39,508 nucleotides of DNA from a virus (Duplodnaviria; Caudoviricetes). Under the pieces are notes generated by a model. That model searched no databases. It was not told the origin of the DNA and was given only the letters and a program-made list of their open reading frames with translations. Location: positions 1-39,508 of IMG/VR virus record IMGVR_UViG_3300038808_000067; one strand, given 5' to 3'. The first letter of the stretch is position 1; the number at the start of each line of letters is the position of its first letter. Shown here one piece after another: positions 8,704-18,889 of this stretch. A program made the position numbers and the translations under genes.

Positions 8704-11015
8704 CAACCCTCACCATTCAACAGACAGGCGGCGGCCGTCTCGATCGCGGTTCGCACCGCCTTGGGATCACGTGGATCCGCGCGGGCCGCCTCGACCTCGG
8801 CCTCGGTCAGGCGACCGGCCTCGATTTCCAGATCCAGTTCGTCGTCCAGGGCGGCGACGTCGTCGGCCAGACGCTTCATCTCCGCCTCGGGCGTTTCGGG
8901 CTCGACCCGCGCCGGCGGCTCCGGCGTCTCTCCCCGCCGGAACGATGCCTCGGCCGTCGCCGCCTGATCCAGGGTCTGGGCCGCCGGCCGCAAATCCGCC
9001 GTCGCCGACGCATCACCCCCGCGCAGGTCCAGCACGGGCGGCCCCTTGGCCAGTATGGCGTCCGTCGCCGCCTCGGCGTCTTCGCCTATTTCACGGCCCA
9101 ACCGGTCGAAAGCTTCAGGGGAAATGGTCTGCGCACCCGGCGCGGCGACAGGCGCCGCCGCCTTTCGCACGCCGGGCGCCACGGTGAAGACCGGGGATCG
9201 GTCATCGGTCGCCAGCATGCCGTCCTCGCCCAGCCGGGCGGAGGGCGAGCGCTCTACCTCATACCCCCGACGTTCCAAGCTGGCCCAAACGCGCTGCGCA
9301 TCAGCCGACACCTCGAAATCGCTGGCCAGCGTGACACCCCGCGCCTCTGCCTCGGCCGCCGCACGTTGATACATGGCCACGCCCAGGCCGCGCCCCCGCG
9401 CGCCTTCCTGCAGGTTGGATCGCTCGATGCGCAGAGCGCCGTCCTCAACCCACCCGAAGATCAGATCATCACCGCCCAGGTTCTCGGCGCGCGCCGTTTC
9501 GGCGTCCGGCCGGACCATGAATGTCGCCTGGTCATCGACCGCCCCGCGCGAAGCGACGCCCTCCTCCAGATCGAAGGCGGGCCGTCGTTGCAGCTCAATG
9601 TCAATCAGACGGGCCACATCCACGGGCTGATCCGCCGCCATGTCGTCCACGGCCCGCGCCAGCGCGCCCAGCCGCTGTTCCGGCCCCATCATGGCGACGG
9701 CCTCGGGAACGGGATCCACCCGCAACGGCCCGACATCGGCCCCGGCGGTGTCAGCAAACTTGCGCCGCCAGTGACCGGCGAACTCCCCTGCGGTCATCGA
9801 CAGGTCGCCGCCGTTATCATTGATCGCCCGGCGCGCCTTTCGCTCCGAAAGACCGGCCGCCCTCAGGGCGTCGAAGGCCGGACGCTCCGGATCGCGCAAC
9901 AGCGAACGTGCGCCGCCCGCCCCTTGCTGATGCGCCAGATATAGTTCCCACGGCGCAGGCTCTCGCCCCAGCGCCCGCGACAGCGCGGCCCGGTTCTGGC
10001 GCAGCAGCACGATCCCGCGCCGCACGTTTAGCGCCGCGTCCATCTTGTCGCCGCCGCCCATCGCGGCCCAGGTGTCGTCGACGAACTGGAAGACGCCGGC
10101 CGCAGAACTCGTCGGATTTCGCGCCGAGGGATCCAGGCGGCTTTCGATCAAGCCGATCGCCACGGCCGTCTCGCCGTCCTCGCCCAGATCCGAGGCCGTG
10201 CGGCGAATGAGATCCGCAACGCGATCCCCCGCCGCCAGTCGGCCAGGCTCCAACCGGCCACCCGGCTCGACTATCCTGCGCGCTTGGGCGTCCTGAGCAA
10301 CGGGGGGCGGACGCCACCCCATGCCCTCCAAGGCTCCCCGCGCGCCCCCGCCAAAGATCGCATTGGCGGTCACGCCCAGCATCAGGTCGTTCAGATCGTA
10401 ATCACGCCCCTCTCGCCCCCCGGCCAAGCCGAACACCGCGCCCTCCTGCAGGCCGCCGATCGCCGCCCCTTCGAGCGCACCGAAGCCCACGCCGCGCGCC
10501 ACCGCCGCCCCTCGCGACGCACTGACCCCGCCCAGGCCGAGGCGGGTCGCCAGGGTTCCCTGACCGAAGGCGGGAATGAAGTTTAGGGGCACGGTGACGG
10601 GATCGACCAGCGCCCCGACTAGACTGACGCCGAAACCTTCCAGCGGCCCCACGCTGTCGTTGCGGTTCAGGATATCCTGGCGAAACAGTTCGTCCCGTTT
10701 GGCGGCATTGCGCCACAGGGCCTCGCGCTCGCTGACCGGATCGGAAAAGGTCAGCTTGCCCTCGATCCCATATCGGGACGTGGCCTCTTCCGCGCTCAGC
10801 GTCGGGGACCGCTCACGCAGGCCCAGGGCCTCGCCGGCGTCGTCCCAGCGCCGTCCCGCCTCGCGGGCCACCAGGCCGGACAGGGTGCCGTTCGTCCCGC
10901 CCGACACTAGGGTGTTGATCACGTCGTATCGCGGCGCCGACGACCGCTCGACCGCCGCACTCTCGCGCTCGGCCGAGGTTTCGGGTGCGGCGACGCCCGG
11001 CAGAACCTGAGGCAT
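8703..11015 (-). CDS. Internal virion protein with lytic transglycosylase (SLT) and GNAT-like domains
   Basis: IESRLDPSARNPTSSAAGVFQF...LYLAHQQGAGG (SLT); ARGRGLGVAMY...SADAQRVWASL (GNAT). Confidence 0.85.
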   Translation of the reverse strand: MPQVLPGVAAPETSAERESAAVERSSAPRYDVINTLVSGGTNGTLSGLVAREAGRRWDDAGEALGLRERSPTLSAEEATSRYGIEGKLTFSDPVSEREALWRNAAKRDELFRQDILNRNDSVGPLEGFGVSLVGALVDPVTVPLNFIPAFGQGTLATRLGLGGVSASRGAAVARGVGFGALEGAAIGGLQEGAVFGLAGGREGRDYDLNDLMLGVTANAIFGGGARGALEGMGWRPPPVAQDAQARRIVEPGGRLEPGRLAAGDRVADLIRRTASDLGEDGETAVAIGLIESRLDPSARNPTSSAAGVFQFVDDTWAAMGGGDKMDAALNVRRGIVLLRQNRAALSRALGREPAPWELYLAHQQGAGGARSLLRDPERPAFDALRAAGLSERKARRAINDNGGDLSMTAGEFAGHWRRKFADTAGADVGPLRVDPVPEAVAMMGPEQRLGALARAVDDMAADQPVDVARLIDIELQRRPAFDLEEGVASRGAVDDQATFMVRPDAETARAENLGGDDLIFGWVEDGALRIERSNLQEGARGRGLGVAMYQRAAAEAEARGVTLASDFEVSADAQRVWASLERRGYEVERSPSARLGEDGMLATDDRSPVFTVAPGVRKAAAPVAAPGAQTISPEAFDRLGREIGEDAEAATDAILAKGPPVLDLRGGDASATADLRPAAQTLDQAATAEASFRRGETPEPPARVEPETPEAEMKRLADDVAALDDELDLEIEAGRLTEAEVEAARADPRDPKAVRTAIETAAACLLNGEG

Positions 11016-13427
11016 CTATTGCCACTCCTCGGGCAAGGGCCGAGTGGCGCGATCGCGCAACTGTTCCCAGCTCTGATAGATCGGCTGACCCTGGCTGTTC
11101 AGCACGGGCGTCACCCCGCCTGGCGCGCCCGGATCCGGCCGCACCAGCTGCAGCGCCCGGTCGTCGGGCGTGGTGATCCATCGTCCTGACGTCGCAACTA
11201 GGCCCGCGTACCGCGCGCGCTTCTGCGCGTCGGAAAAATGCGCCTCGCCGCCGGCGGCGAACAACCGCGCGCCGTCGCCCGCGACCAGGTCGTAAATCAC
11301 GCGCTGCGCGCCGATCTCGGCGGCGCGCGTCCCGTCGACCGTGATCTGATTGTTCGGACGTCCACGTCCGCCCCGCTCATTGCGGATGTCCTGCGCGCGA
11401 CGCCGGCCTTGATTGAGAACGCGAACTTGACGACCAGCCTCGGCCGCCGGGATCCGCCAGCCACCTTCGAAACGATAGGCGTTCAGATAGGCCTCTGCCG
11501 CCTCCCGCGCGGCCTGACGAGGGGTCATCCCGTCCGCGACCTTGGAGGCCGCGACCGCTTCGACGCCGTTGACGAAGGCGTCGGAACCGGCTTGCCCGCC
11601 AGCCAACGGACGCCAGGTGGACAGCAGCGGCTCCAGCACGTCGACCACTTCGCTACGGGCCTCGCGTCGGATGGTCGGCGTCAGGCCGACATTGCCTCTA
11701 GCCCGCGCACGCGCGTACTCCTCCATCGCCACGGGATTGTCGCCGGCCAGCCCGATCATGGCGGCGTCGGTCGGGTTCAGTCCCGCTCGCGTCAACTCGG
11801 TAAGCACCCGGCCCTCATGGCCGCCAAAACTGGCGACGAACCCGGCGGCCGCCGACAGCGCCTCCAATGTGGCCGGCCCTTGAGCGCTCTTAACGGCTCC
11901 GGCGACGCGCTGCGCCTCGGCCACCGGCAGGATCCGTTGATTGGGTTCCGCGACGCCCATGGCCCGTTGACGACGCAGCGTGTCCTCGGCCCAGAGACGA
12001 CCGTTCTGCCCATTGGGCTCGGCCGCGAACCGACGCCACAGGCCGGCGCTGGCGTCATCGGCCTGGACCGCCCGAGCCGGATCTGCCGCCTGCAGCTGCT
12101 GAGCGGTCGCCAGCGTCTCCAACGCCACGGCGTAGGCGGCCTGGCGATCCGCGAAGTCCGCCTCGCCCCCCTTGGGTTTCAGGCTCTCGACGCGAGCGCG
12201 CTGTTCCGCCAGCGGCAGTCCAGCCAGACCGCGCGTCACCGAATAGGCCAGACGCGCCTGGCTTTCCTGACGCTGCAGCGTCGCCACAGCCACCGGCCCG
12301 CCTACAGCGCGCACATCGTCTGCCGACACGCCCGATCCGACGCCTGTCGTCTGGATGCTCATAAGGTGCGACCGCACCCGCTCTTCCATGGTTTGCTGGG
12401 CCAGCTGGCGCTGGACCGAAACCGGGTCGAACCCTGCGGCCTGGCGATACTGCAGAACGGACCCGCGCACCTGGGCCTTGCGGTCCGCGCCCAGCGCCTG
12501 GTCCCACTGTCCGCCGTCCAGATCGGACAGCGCCGCCTCCCACTGACCCCGCTCCAAAAGGCCGTTGAACCGCGCCACCGCCAGATCTCGACCGAATGTG
12601 TCGCGGAAGGTGTCCTGCAGCGCAGCGGGCTGCTCGACGACCAGCGCCTCCATCTGGCGCTGCGCCTCGTCATAGCGCCCGGGATCCGTCGTTACCGAGG
12701 CGATCAGCCCTTCGGCCGCCCGCCCCGTCGTCTTGACCTCCCACTGTGACCGGGCTGTCGCCTCGACCTGTTGCAGGCCCAGCCATTCGGTCGCCCGCGA
12801 CGAGGCGATGGAGGCGGCCATCATCTCGCGCACGGCCTCCGGCGCTTCGGCGAGACGCTCTGCGCTCAGCCGGTCGTATTCAGCCAAGGCCTTGTCGGTG
12901 AGCCCGGCTTCCGACCCGTCGTAGCCTTCGATCAGGCCCCGCTTCGTCTCGGCATAGGCGACGCCCAGGCCCGACAGCCGACCGATGGCGTCGATGGAAT
13001 TCTGCCGGTCGATCGCCTGGCGCTGACGCTCGCCGCCGCGCTGGGCCTCGACCCGCACAGCGGCTTCGAACTGGGCCGCGCGACGCTGGGGCCGCATCCG
13101 CTCGAACGACCGCCGCGCGTCGGGATCCAGCCCCTCGGCCGTGGCGGCCAAGGCCCCGTCATAGACGGCCATCTGTTCACGTGCGAACCCCGGCGTGCGA
13201 CCGTCATAGACTTGGGCGGCCGGCAGATAGGCCGCTTCATATTCGCTCTGGGTTCGGTCAAAGGCCTCTGCGGCGCGGCGGTCCGCCTCGCCCTGCATGG
13301 CCTGACCCGTCCGCGCCAGCCCCTCGCCCACGGCCGACAGGCCCAGGTCGCCGAACGAGGCTGCGCGGCCGCCGGCGACCGGCGTCCTGGGCGCGCCCAT
13401 CGGCGCACGATCGGGGATACGCGCCAT
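11016..13427 (-). CDS. Internal virion (ejection) protein
   Basis: About 800 aa Ala/Arg/Gln-rich helical protein with MARIP start in the ejection gene block. Confidence 0.7.
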   Translation of the reverse strand: MARIPDRAPMGAPRTPVAGGRAASFGDLGLSAVGEGLARTGQAMQGEADRRAAEAFDRTQSEYEAAYLPAAQVYDGRTPGFAREQMAVYDGALAATAEGLDPDARRSFERMRPQRRAAQFEAAVRVEAQRGGERQRQAIDRQNSIDAIGRLSGLGVAYAETKRGLIEGYDGSEAGLTDKALAEYDRLSAERLAEAPEAVREMMAASIASSRATEWLGLQQVEATARSQWEVKTTGRAAEGLIASVTTDPGRYDEAQRQMEALVVEQPAALQDTFRDTFGRDLAVARFNGLLERGQWEAALSDLDGGQWDQALGADRKAQVRGSVLQYRQAAGFDPVSVQRQLAQQTMEERVRSHLMSIQTTGVGSGVSADDVRAVGGPVAVATLQRQESQARLAYSVTRGLAGLPLAEQRARVESLKPKGGEADFADRQAAYAVALETLATAQQLQAADPARAVQADDASAGLWRRFAAEPNGQNGRLWAEDTLRRQRAMGVAEPNQRILPVAEAQRVAGAVKSAQGPATLEALSAAAGFVASFGGHEGRVLTELTRAGLNPTDAAMIGLAGDNPVAMEEYARARARGNVGLTPTIRREARSEVVDVLEPLLSTWRPLAGGQAGSDAFVNGVEAVAASKVADGMTPRQAAREAAEAYLNAYRFEGGWRIPAAEAGRQVRVLNQGRRRAQDIRNERGGRGRPNNQITVDGTRAAEIGAQRVIYDLVAGDGARLFAAGGEAHFSDAQKRARYAGLVATSGRWITTPDDRALQLVRPDPGAPGGVTPVLNSQGQPIYQSWEQLRDRATRPLPEEWQ

Positions 13428-13993
13428 CAGCCTAGCCCTCCCGACCAGACCAGATCGCGCTGGCCCCAACTCGTGACCGGCGACCGTGACCCGGTTGATA
13501 CGCTGCGGTGCGTGGCTCCGCGCGCCGCGCGCCGCTTCATGGCGTCGCCCAGCAGAGTGCCCTTGCCGCCGTTCGTCGGCGCACCGGCCAGCTGCGCCCC
13601 CGCCTTGATGACGCTGCTGAAGGCGGCGAAGTTGCCCTGTTGCTTGACCTGTTTCGCCTCGGCTTCCGCCGCACGGCCCGCGCTGTCGCCCTGCGTGGTG
13701 ATCCGCTGGACCTCGTAGGAATTCTGCCGGCTCAGATCAGCCAGCACGTCCCAGGCCGACCCGCCCAGACCGCCCCCGCTCTTGGCGGTGATCGTCACGC
13801 CGCGCCCCACCTCGCGCGCACCGTCTTCTAGCGCCAACTGGGCTTCGATCGACGCATCACGGCGCGCCGCCTCAGCTTGGTTTTTCAGGACGCTGGCCTG
13901 GTATCGGCTTTGCCGAAACGCATCCACGCCCTCGACGGCGGTCCCGGCCGCGCCCGCCACCGCCGCCGCCATCATCATGGTTTCGATGCCCAC
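13427..13993 (-). CDS. Small internal virion protein (T7 gp14-like position)
   Basis: Gly/Ala-rich hydrophobic N-terminus, AKSGGGLGGS motif, synteny. Confidence 0.7.
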   Translation of the reverse strand: MGIETMMMAAAVAGAAGTAVEGVDAFRQSRYQASVLKNQAEAARRDASIEAQLALEDGAREVGRGVTITAKSGGGLGGSAWDVLADLSRQNSYEVQRITTQGDSAGRAAEAEAKQVKQQGNFAAFSSVIKAGAQLAGAPTNGGKGTLLGDAMKRRAARGATHRSVSTGSRSPVTSWGQRDLVWSGGLG

Positions 13994-13995
13994 GA

Positions 13996-14439
13996 TCAGC
14001 CCCCCACGATCAGGGCCATCGCCCAGTAATCGGATCCGTCAGGTCCCCAGCCACGGGCCACGCCCTCAAGCCGGAAACCCAGTTTTTCATTGAACCGCCG
14101 AGCCATCGGCATCGCGACCGGCACATGGCTTTCGATCCGCCGGGCGCCGTACTCGCGCACCGCCAGCGCAACCCCGTCACGGCAGGCCTCGCCCGCCGGC
14201 CTTCGCACCGAGAACCGCAGGTCTGACACCCAGGTCCAAGCGATCCACCGACCGCGCCAACATTCGACCAATCCGCCGCACGCCACCGGCATCTTGCGGT
14301 CCATCAAGGTCCAAGCCAGGCCAGGCGGCGTGGCGCCAGCCTTTAGCGCGGCGTCCTGCGCCTCGAACTCATGCGCCACCGCCGCGCGCGGCGTGATCAG
14401 ATTGACGTCACCTGAGACGTAGCGGCGCAGCTCAATCAT
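13996..14439 (-). CDS. GNAT-fold protein of the tail/core module
   Basis: PVACGG...RRIESHV...ARRFNEKLGFRLEG...YW motif; sits between nozzle and ejection genes like T7 gp13-type proteins. Confidence 0.8.
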   Translation of the reverse strand: MIELRRYVSGDVNLITPRAAVAHEFEAQDAALKAGATPPGLAWTLMDRKMPVACGGLVECWRGRWIAWTWVSDLRFSVRRPAGEACRDGVALAVREYGARRIESHVPVAMPMARRFNEKLGFRLEGVARGWGPDGSDYWAMALIVGG

Positions 14440-16672
14440 CGGCCGTCACCTCGGCCCGCACGGCCCGGATCGTCAGCGGCCAACAGTCGTCGGTCGAAAC
14501 TCGCCAGCGCGCGTCGCGATTGGTCTTTCCGCCGGTTTTGGCCTTGAAAACCTGCGCAGACGGTCGGGGCAGATCGGCCCACGGCTTGCCGCCTTCGTCC
14601 TGAAGCTGGCCGCCGTCAAAAGAGACCTGGGCCTCGACCGCGTCAGCGATGAACAGACTGATCGAAAGCACCCGCTGCAGGGCACCGAGCGTTTCGCCGG
14701 GGCCGCCGACGTCCAGGGGCAGGCCTACGGCGTCCAACCTGTACCTCAAGCCGGTCACAGCGTCGGACAGGGTTTCGCCGTCCGGAACCGACACCTGTCC
14801 CTCGGCGCTCACCAAGGCGTCAAAGATCAACCGGCCGCCGTCGCCGAACACCCGCACCGTCTCGCCCGCCAGATGCCCCAATCCGGTCAGGACCGAGGTC
14901 GGCGAGCCGCTGTAGACCTTCGCCCCGTCGAGATAACGGACATCGGTCAGCGGATCTCCGGTGCGCCAGCGCGGAGCAAGACGCCAGATGCGGCGTTGCG
15001 GCGCACCGTTCTTTTCACGCCGAACGATCAGCCAAGGTACGTCGCGACCGTCGCCGTCCGAAATCACCGAAACGCTTTCGACCACAAAGCCGCCGGGCAG
15101 TGGGTGTCGCGCCCACCCAAACTGATTTTGCCGCGGCTGATAGGTCAGGCTCAGCAGCGACCCGGCCTCGGTCCGGATCCATGCGACCCGATCAGGGTGC
15201 GCCGCCCAGGCGACCCCGGCGATCCGCTCGGCCACCAGATCCTCGACGAACTGCGCCACGTCCGCATCCTCGAACCCGGCGTCGGCCCCTATACGCAGGA
15301 AGCTCAGACCTCGGCCGCCGCGCGGCACAAACAGGGCGCCGTCATGGGCTAGGGCCGGCTGAACCGGCGAGGATCCGGTCATAGTCAGCGCGCGCGGCCG
15401 ATTACCCGCTGGCGTCAGGGCGTCGTCTAGCGTGTCGCCTTGAACGATGCCCTCGCGGCTCGAAGTGCCGAACATCAGGGCCGTGCCGACAGCCAGCCAC
15501 TCGATCGGATCTGCGCCGCCCCGAATGGACCGCGACAGGGCGTCGTCATCGGTAACCCGCCCGCTCCCCAGGCCAGGATGAAAATCGACATGGGTTGCGG
15601 AGAAACCGAAACTTCGCGTCAGGTCGTAACGACCAGGCTCGGCCGCCGGCCCGCTGAAGGCCACGCGCTCCTCGTCAGTGACCGCGACGTCTCCAGGCCA
15701 GCCATATCGTTCCGACCAGGCTCCGAAGGCCCAGCGTGAGGAAGGCCCGTATGGGATCGCAGACGGAGTTTCGCAGTACGCTTTCCGGTCGTTGATGACC
15801 CATCCCGGCAGCATCTGCTCGACCACGCCGGTAGCCACCGTGGGCCCCTGGATCGACAACAGGCGCACGACCCCTGCGCCATCGTTCAGATACGTCCATG
15901 ACAGATTGCCGTCATAGACCTGACCACTGTCGTGGATTGGCGCAGCCGTGCCGGATTTCCGGCTTTCGTCGGCCCGGTAGATCTTGCCGTCGGACTGAAC
16001 AAGCTCATTGGCCCGGTAGTCGGTCGCCACCGTCCAGGACGAGCAGCTGGGTTGACCGTCAGGCGTCCGAAGCCGGATACGTTCCCCAGGCTGAGCGCCG
16101 GCGAAAATCCCTTGGCTGGCGGTCAGGGTGACATTGCCCGTCAGACCGCTTGCCGTGATCGTCGAGGCTGGGTCGCTGTTTTCCCGTCGCCAGGGACCGT
16201 TGCGGTTCTCGAGCGCTGGAACAGCCCAGTTGGCGTTGGCGTAACGCTGCAGCACATGGGGCCGGATCGTCCGGCTTTTGTGGGTCAGATAGAGGACGTC
16301 GTTCGACTGATCGAACCGGATCCCACCCAACTGGGCGGCCGCATAGGGGGTCGTCAGCTGGTAGGGAACGCCGCCGGCCAGAACGGGCGCGCCGTCTGCA
16401 CCCCAAACGCGCATATAGGCATCGCCGAACTCAAGCTGCAGCTGCACCGATGCCGACCGCCGAAAAGCGATCAGCCGGCTGGCGCGGTCCGCATAGAGCG
16501 GCGCCCCCATGTCGATGAAGCCCGGCCGGCGACGCGCCGAGCCCAGAGTGGCGGGAATGGCGTTTGCGCAGTCGCCCAGGCTGGCGACATAGACCTGCAG
16601 GTCCACACGGCCATGGGCTTCCTCGTCGAGGATCCCCATAGCGAAATTCGATTGGAAAGCCCGCCCGCGCAT
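14432..16672 (-). CDS. Tail tubular protein B / nozzle
   Basis: 746 aa; QSNF.MG start, RRRPG, LEFGD.YMR, QSNDVLY, GWARH and YLDG motifs. Confidence 0.88.
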   Translation of the reverse strand: MRGRAFQSNFAMGILDEEAHGRVDLQVYVASLGDCANAIPATLGSARRRPGFIDMGAPLYADRASRLIAFRRSASVQLQLEFGDAYMRVWGADGAPVLAGGVPYQLTTPYAAAQLGGIRFDQSNDVLYLTHKSRTIRPHVLQRYANANWAVPALENRNGPWRRENSDPASTITASGLTGNVTLTASQGIFAGAQPGERIRLRTPDGQPSCSSWTVATDYRANELVQSDGKIYRADESRKSGTAAPIHDSGQVYDGNLSWTYLNDGAGVVRLLSIQGPTVATGVVEQMLPGWVINDRKAYCETPSAIPYGPSSRWAFGAWSERYGWPGDVAVTDEERVAFSGPAAEPGRYDLTRSFGFSATHVDFHPGLGSGRVTDDDALSRSIRGGADPIEWLAVGTALMFGTSSREGIVQGDTLDDALTPAGNRPRALTMTGSSPVQPALAHDGALFVPRGGRGLSFLRIGADAGFEDADVAQFVEDLVAERIAGVAWAAHPDRVAWIRTEAGSLLSLTYQPRQNQFGWARHPLPGGFVVESVSVISDGDGRDVPWLIVRREKNGAPQRRIWRLAPRWRTGDPLTDVRYLDGAKVYSGSPTSVLTGLGHLAGETVRVFGDGGRLIFDALVSAEGQVSVPDGETLSDAVTGLRYRLDAVGLPLDVGGPGETLGALQRVLSISLFIADAVEAQVSFDGGQLQDEGGKPWADLPRPSAQVFKAKTGGKTNRDARWRVSTDDCWPLTIRAVRAEVTADD

Positions 16673-16698
16673 GGACGCATGATCGGCGGCGGCGAACC

Positions 16699-16711
16699 CT
16701 GGACGGTAAAA
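16699..16711 (-). promoter_or_regulatory. Late-promoter-like motif upstream of nozzle gene
   Basis: TTTTACCGTCCAG in the 40-bp intergenic gap, followed by GATCAT 6 nt before the ATG. Confidence 0.55.
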
Positions 16712-16712
16712 C

Positions 16713-17324
16713 CTAGCGCGAGGTCAGCCACGTCCCGCGCGAGATCTCGGGGTCGCTCCGAAACTCCGAGGTTTCCACCGTCACCGCCATGGCCACGGCC
16801 TCGGCCGCCTCGGTCCTCAGCGCGTTCCGCAGCGACTTGTCCGCCTGCAGCGGACCCGCCATCCGCGACCCCAGTTTCAGCCCCATGGCGTCCGCTAGGC
16901 TGGCGTCCATATGCTCGAACGGTATCCGTTCGATGATGGTCACGTTCAGCGGCCCCTGGGCGTCGGTGTAAAAGGCCTTTCGTCGGGACCGCACCGACCC
17001 GTCATCATTTCGCTCGACATAGGGGCCGAACTGCCAGGGCAGCGTGGTCCCGGCGTCCCACAGACGCAGGGTGTCCGGCGGCAACAGGAAGACATTGGCG
17101 AACTTCCAATCCACCCGTCCAGTCAGGGGCTGGCGCGTCACCGTCAGCCGGGCCTCGGCGCACAGCCAAGGATGCTCCCGCAGCATCGCGTCGCGCAGAT
17201 CCGGCAACAAGGCCTTGGCGACCGCCAGCTCGCGCGGCGGCGGATCCGCTGCCAGGTCCGACAGCACCCGCTCCTCGCCCAGATGAGCCAGGGCCGAATT
17301 CATCAATCCCAGTTCGGACGGCAT
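16713..17324 (-). CDS. Tail tubular protein A / adaptor
   Basis: NSALAHLGE...LREHPWLCA...LPPDTLRL pattern; synteny. Confidence 0.85.
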   Translation of the reverse strand: MPSELGLMNSALAHLGEERVLSDLAADPPPRELAVAKALLPDLRDAMLREHPWLCAEARLTVTRQPLTGRVDWKFANVFLLPPDTLRLWDAGTTLPWQFGPYVERNDDGSVRSRRKAFYTDAQGPLNVTIIERIPFEHMDASLADAMGLKLGSRMAGPLQADKSLRNALRTEAAEAVAMAVTVETSEFRSDPEISRGTWLTSR

Positions 17325-17336
17325 ACCCGCCTCCTA

Positions 17337-17375
17337 GAAAGAGAAATGGCGGGACGAGGTCACCCCCGCCCCGCC
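17337..17375 (-). terminator. Rho-independent terminator after capsid and decoration genes
   Basis: GGCGGGGCGGGG-GUGA-CCUCGUCCCGCC 12-bp stem followed by AUUUCUCUUUC. Confidence 0.7.
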
Positions 17376-17398
17376 GCCTCAAGCCGGTCGCAGCGGGG

Positions 17399-17896
17399 CT
17401 ACGCGTTGGTGCCGGCGAGGGTCCAGGCGAACGTGGTGGCGGCGGTGATGTTCGCGCCCACGGTCGTGATGAACAGGCGGGCCTTCGGCCCCAGCTTTCC
17501 GGCCGCGTCGCGGCTGGCGTAGCCCAGCAGCTTCCACAGCGGGTCGCCGTGCTTGTCGATGTCCACCGACTTCAGCATGGAGGTGCTGCCGGCGGCCGCC
17601 GAGATGTCGTGACCGGCGATCAGGGCGTCGGGGTCGTTCGCATCGCCCAGGTTGATCGTGACGCCGGTGCCGGCGTCGTCGAAGTACAGCACCGACAGGT
17701 CGCGGTTGGGGATGAGGTCCCAGCTGATGTCGCCGATGTAGATCCTCGAACCCGCCTCGACCCCGGTCGGGATCTCGGCACGGTCCTGGATGGCGATGTG
17801 CGCGAACTGCTCGACATAGCCGGATTGGGCCAAGCTGGGCGTGGCGCCGGCGAGCAGGACCGGGGCGAAGACCCCGACGTGGTTAGTGGCGGCCAT
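17399..17896 (-). CDS. Capsid decoration/cement protein
   Basis: 165 aa, beta-rich, immediately after the major capsid gene, strong RBS. Confidence 0.65.
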   Translation of the reverse strand: MAATNHVGVFAPVLLAGATPSLAQSGYVEQFAHIAIQDRAEIPTGVEAGSRIYIGDISWDLIPNRDLSVLYFDDAGTGVTINLGDANDPDALIAGHDISAAAGSTSMLKSVDIDKHGDPLWKLLGYASRDAAGKLGPKARLFITTVGANITAATTFAWTLAGTNA

Positions 17897-17939
17897 GGCC
17901 GTCTCCCTTTTCCAAAGCGAACCTCATGGCGGCTCGATA

Positions 17940-17965
17940 GGCCGGTCGGGCGAACCCGACCGGCC
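17940..17965 (-). other. Perfect 11-bp hairpin with UUCG loop after capsid stop (mRNA stabiliser or pause site)
   Basis: GGCCGGTCGGG-TTCG-CCCGACCGGCC with no U tract. Confidence 0.55.
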
Positions 17966-17974
17966 GACGAACCG

Positions 17975-18889
17975 TCACTCGGCGTTCAGCACCTTGACCA
18001 CGGCCTCGTCGTAGCGGCGCAATGCGCCGTTCATGCCCTTGTAGTAGGCGTACCAGTTGTATTTGCGATCGGCGCGCTGACCGATGCGCGCCTCGGTCAG
18101 CTTGCGCTCGCGGTACATGATGGCCGGGCGGACAAAACCGAAGTTCTTGCGCACGCCGGGGCTCTCCAGCGGGAGACGCTCGGTGATGACCCAGTCGAAG
18201 CCCATGAAGAACGACAGCTCGCCGTTCATGAGCATCTGGACCTGGCTGGTCTCGCGATCCGTAATCGTCGGATCGGTCAGCAACTGACCGACGCCCTCCT
18301 CGTTGGTCACGAAGGTGCGACGCCCGGGGATCTGGCTCTTGCCCAGCTTCGTGCGGGTGTTGTTGATCTTGGCGAAGGTCAGCGGCGCATTGCCGGACGA
18401 AGTGTCGCCCTTGCGCTTGTAGGACCAGTCATTGACGGCGATCACCTGGGCGGTGGGGAAGTTGACGATCTTCTCGCCCGTGCGCCCCTCGCGCGCCGGC
18501 GCGTCCAACGCAGCGATGATGCAGTCGTCGCGGTACCGCTCATGGCCCCACTGCATCGACTTCATCGTCTCGTTGGTCGGATCGGTCAGGCTCTTGGCGG
18601 CGTCGATGTCATCGATCCACTCGCCGTCGTCGTAAGGCATGAAGAAGCCGACGCGACGGACCTTGCCGCGCGCGCCTTCGGGCGACTTGCCGAACCGATC
18701 CAGAATGGGTTGCGGGCCGTCGCTGGCCTTCAGGTCGTCCGCGTTGAACATGTCGCCGGGCTTGGTGAAGTTCAGGACGCTGTCCACGACGCTGACCAGG
18801 CGCGAGCCGGTCTGCTGGGGAACCGACGCCAGGTTCGACTCGAACGCGTCGGTATAGTGTTGTTCAAGGGTCAGTTCTTCGGTGGCCAT
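17975..18889 (-). CDS. Major capsid protein
   Basis: 304 aa; PQQTGSRL, IDDIDAAKSLTDPT, RDDCIIAA, LMNGELSFFMGFDW, GALRRYDEAVV; follows scaffold. Confidence 0.9.
   Translation of the reverse strand: MATEELTLEQHYTDAFESNLASVPQQTGSRLVSVVDSVLNFTKPGDMFNADDLKASDGPQPILDRFGKSPEGARGKVRRVGFFMPYDDGEWIDDIDAAKSLTDPTNETMKSMQWGHERYRDDCIIAALDAPAREGRTGEKIVNFPTAQVIAVNDWSYKRKGDTSSGNAPLTFAKINNTRTKLGKSQIPGRRTFVTNEEGVGQLLTDPTITDRETSQVQMLMNGELSFFMGFDWVITERLPLESPGVRKNFGFVRPAIMYRERKLTEARIGQRADRKYNWYAYYKGMNGALRRYDEAVVKVLNAE

Noticed and set aside
17896-17977. Stop-codon readthrough fusing capsid to the decoration protein (genes are in frame and a hairpin follows UGA)
   Set aside because: A second in-frame TGA lies in the spacer and the decoration gene has its own RBS
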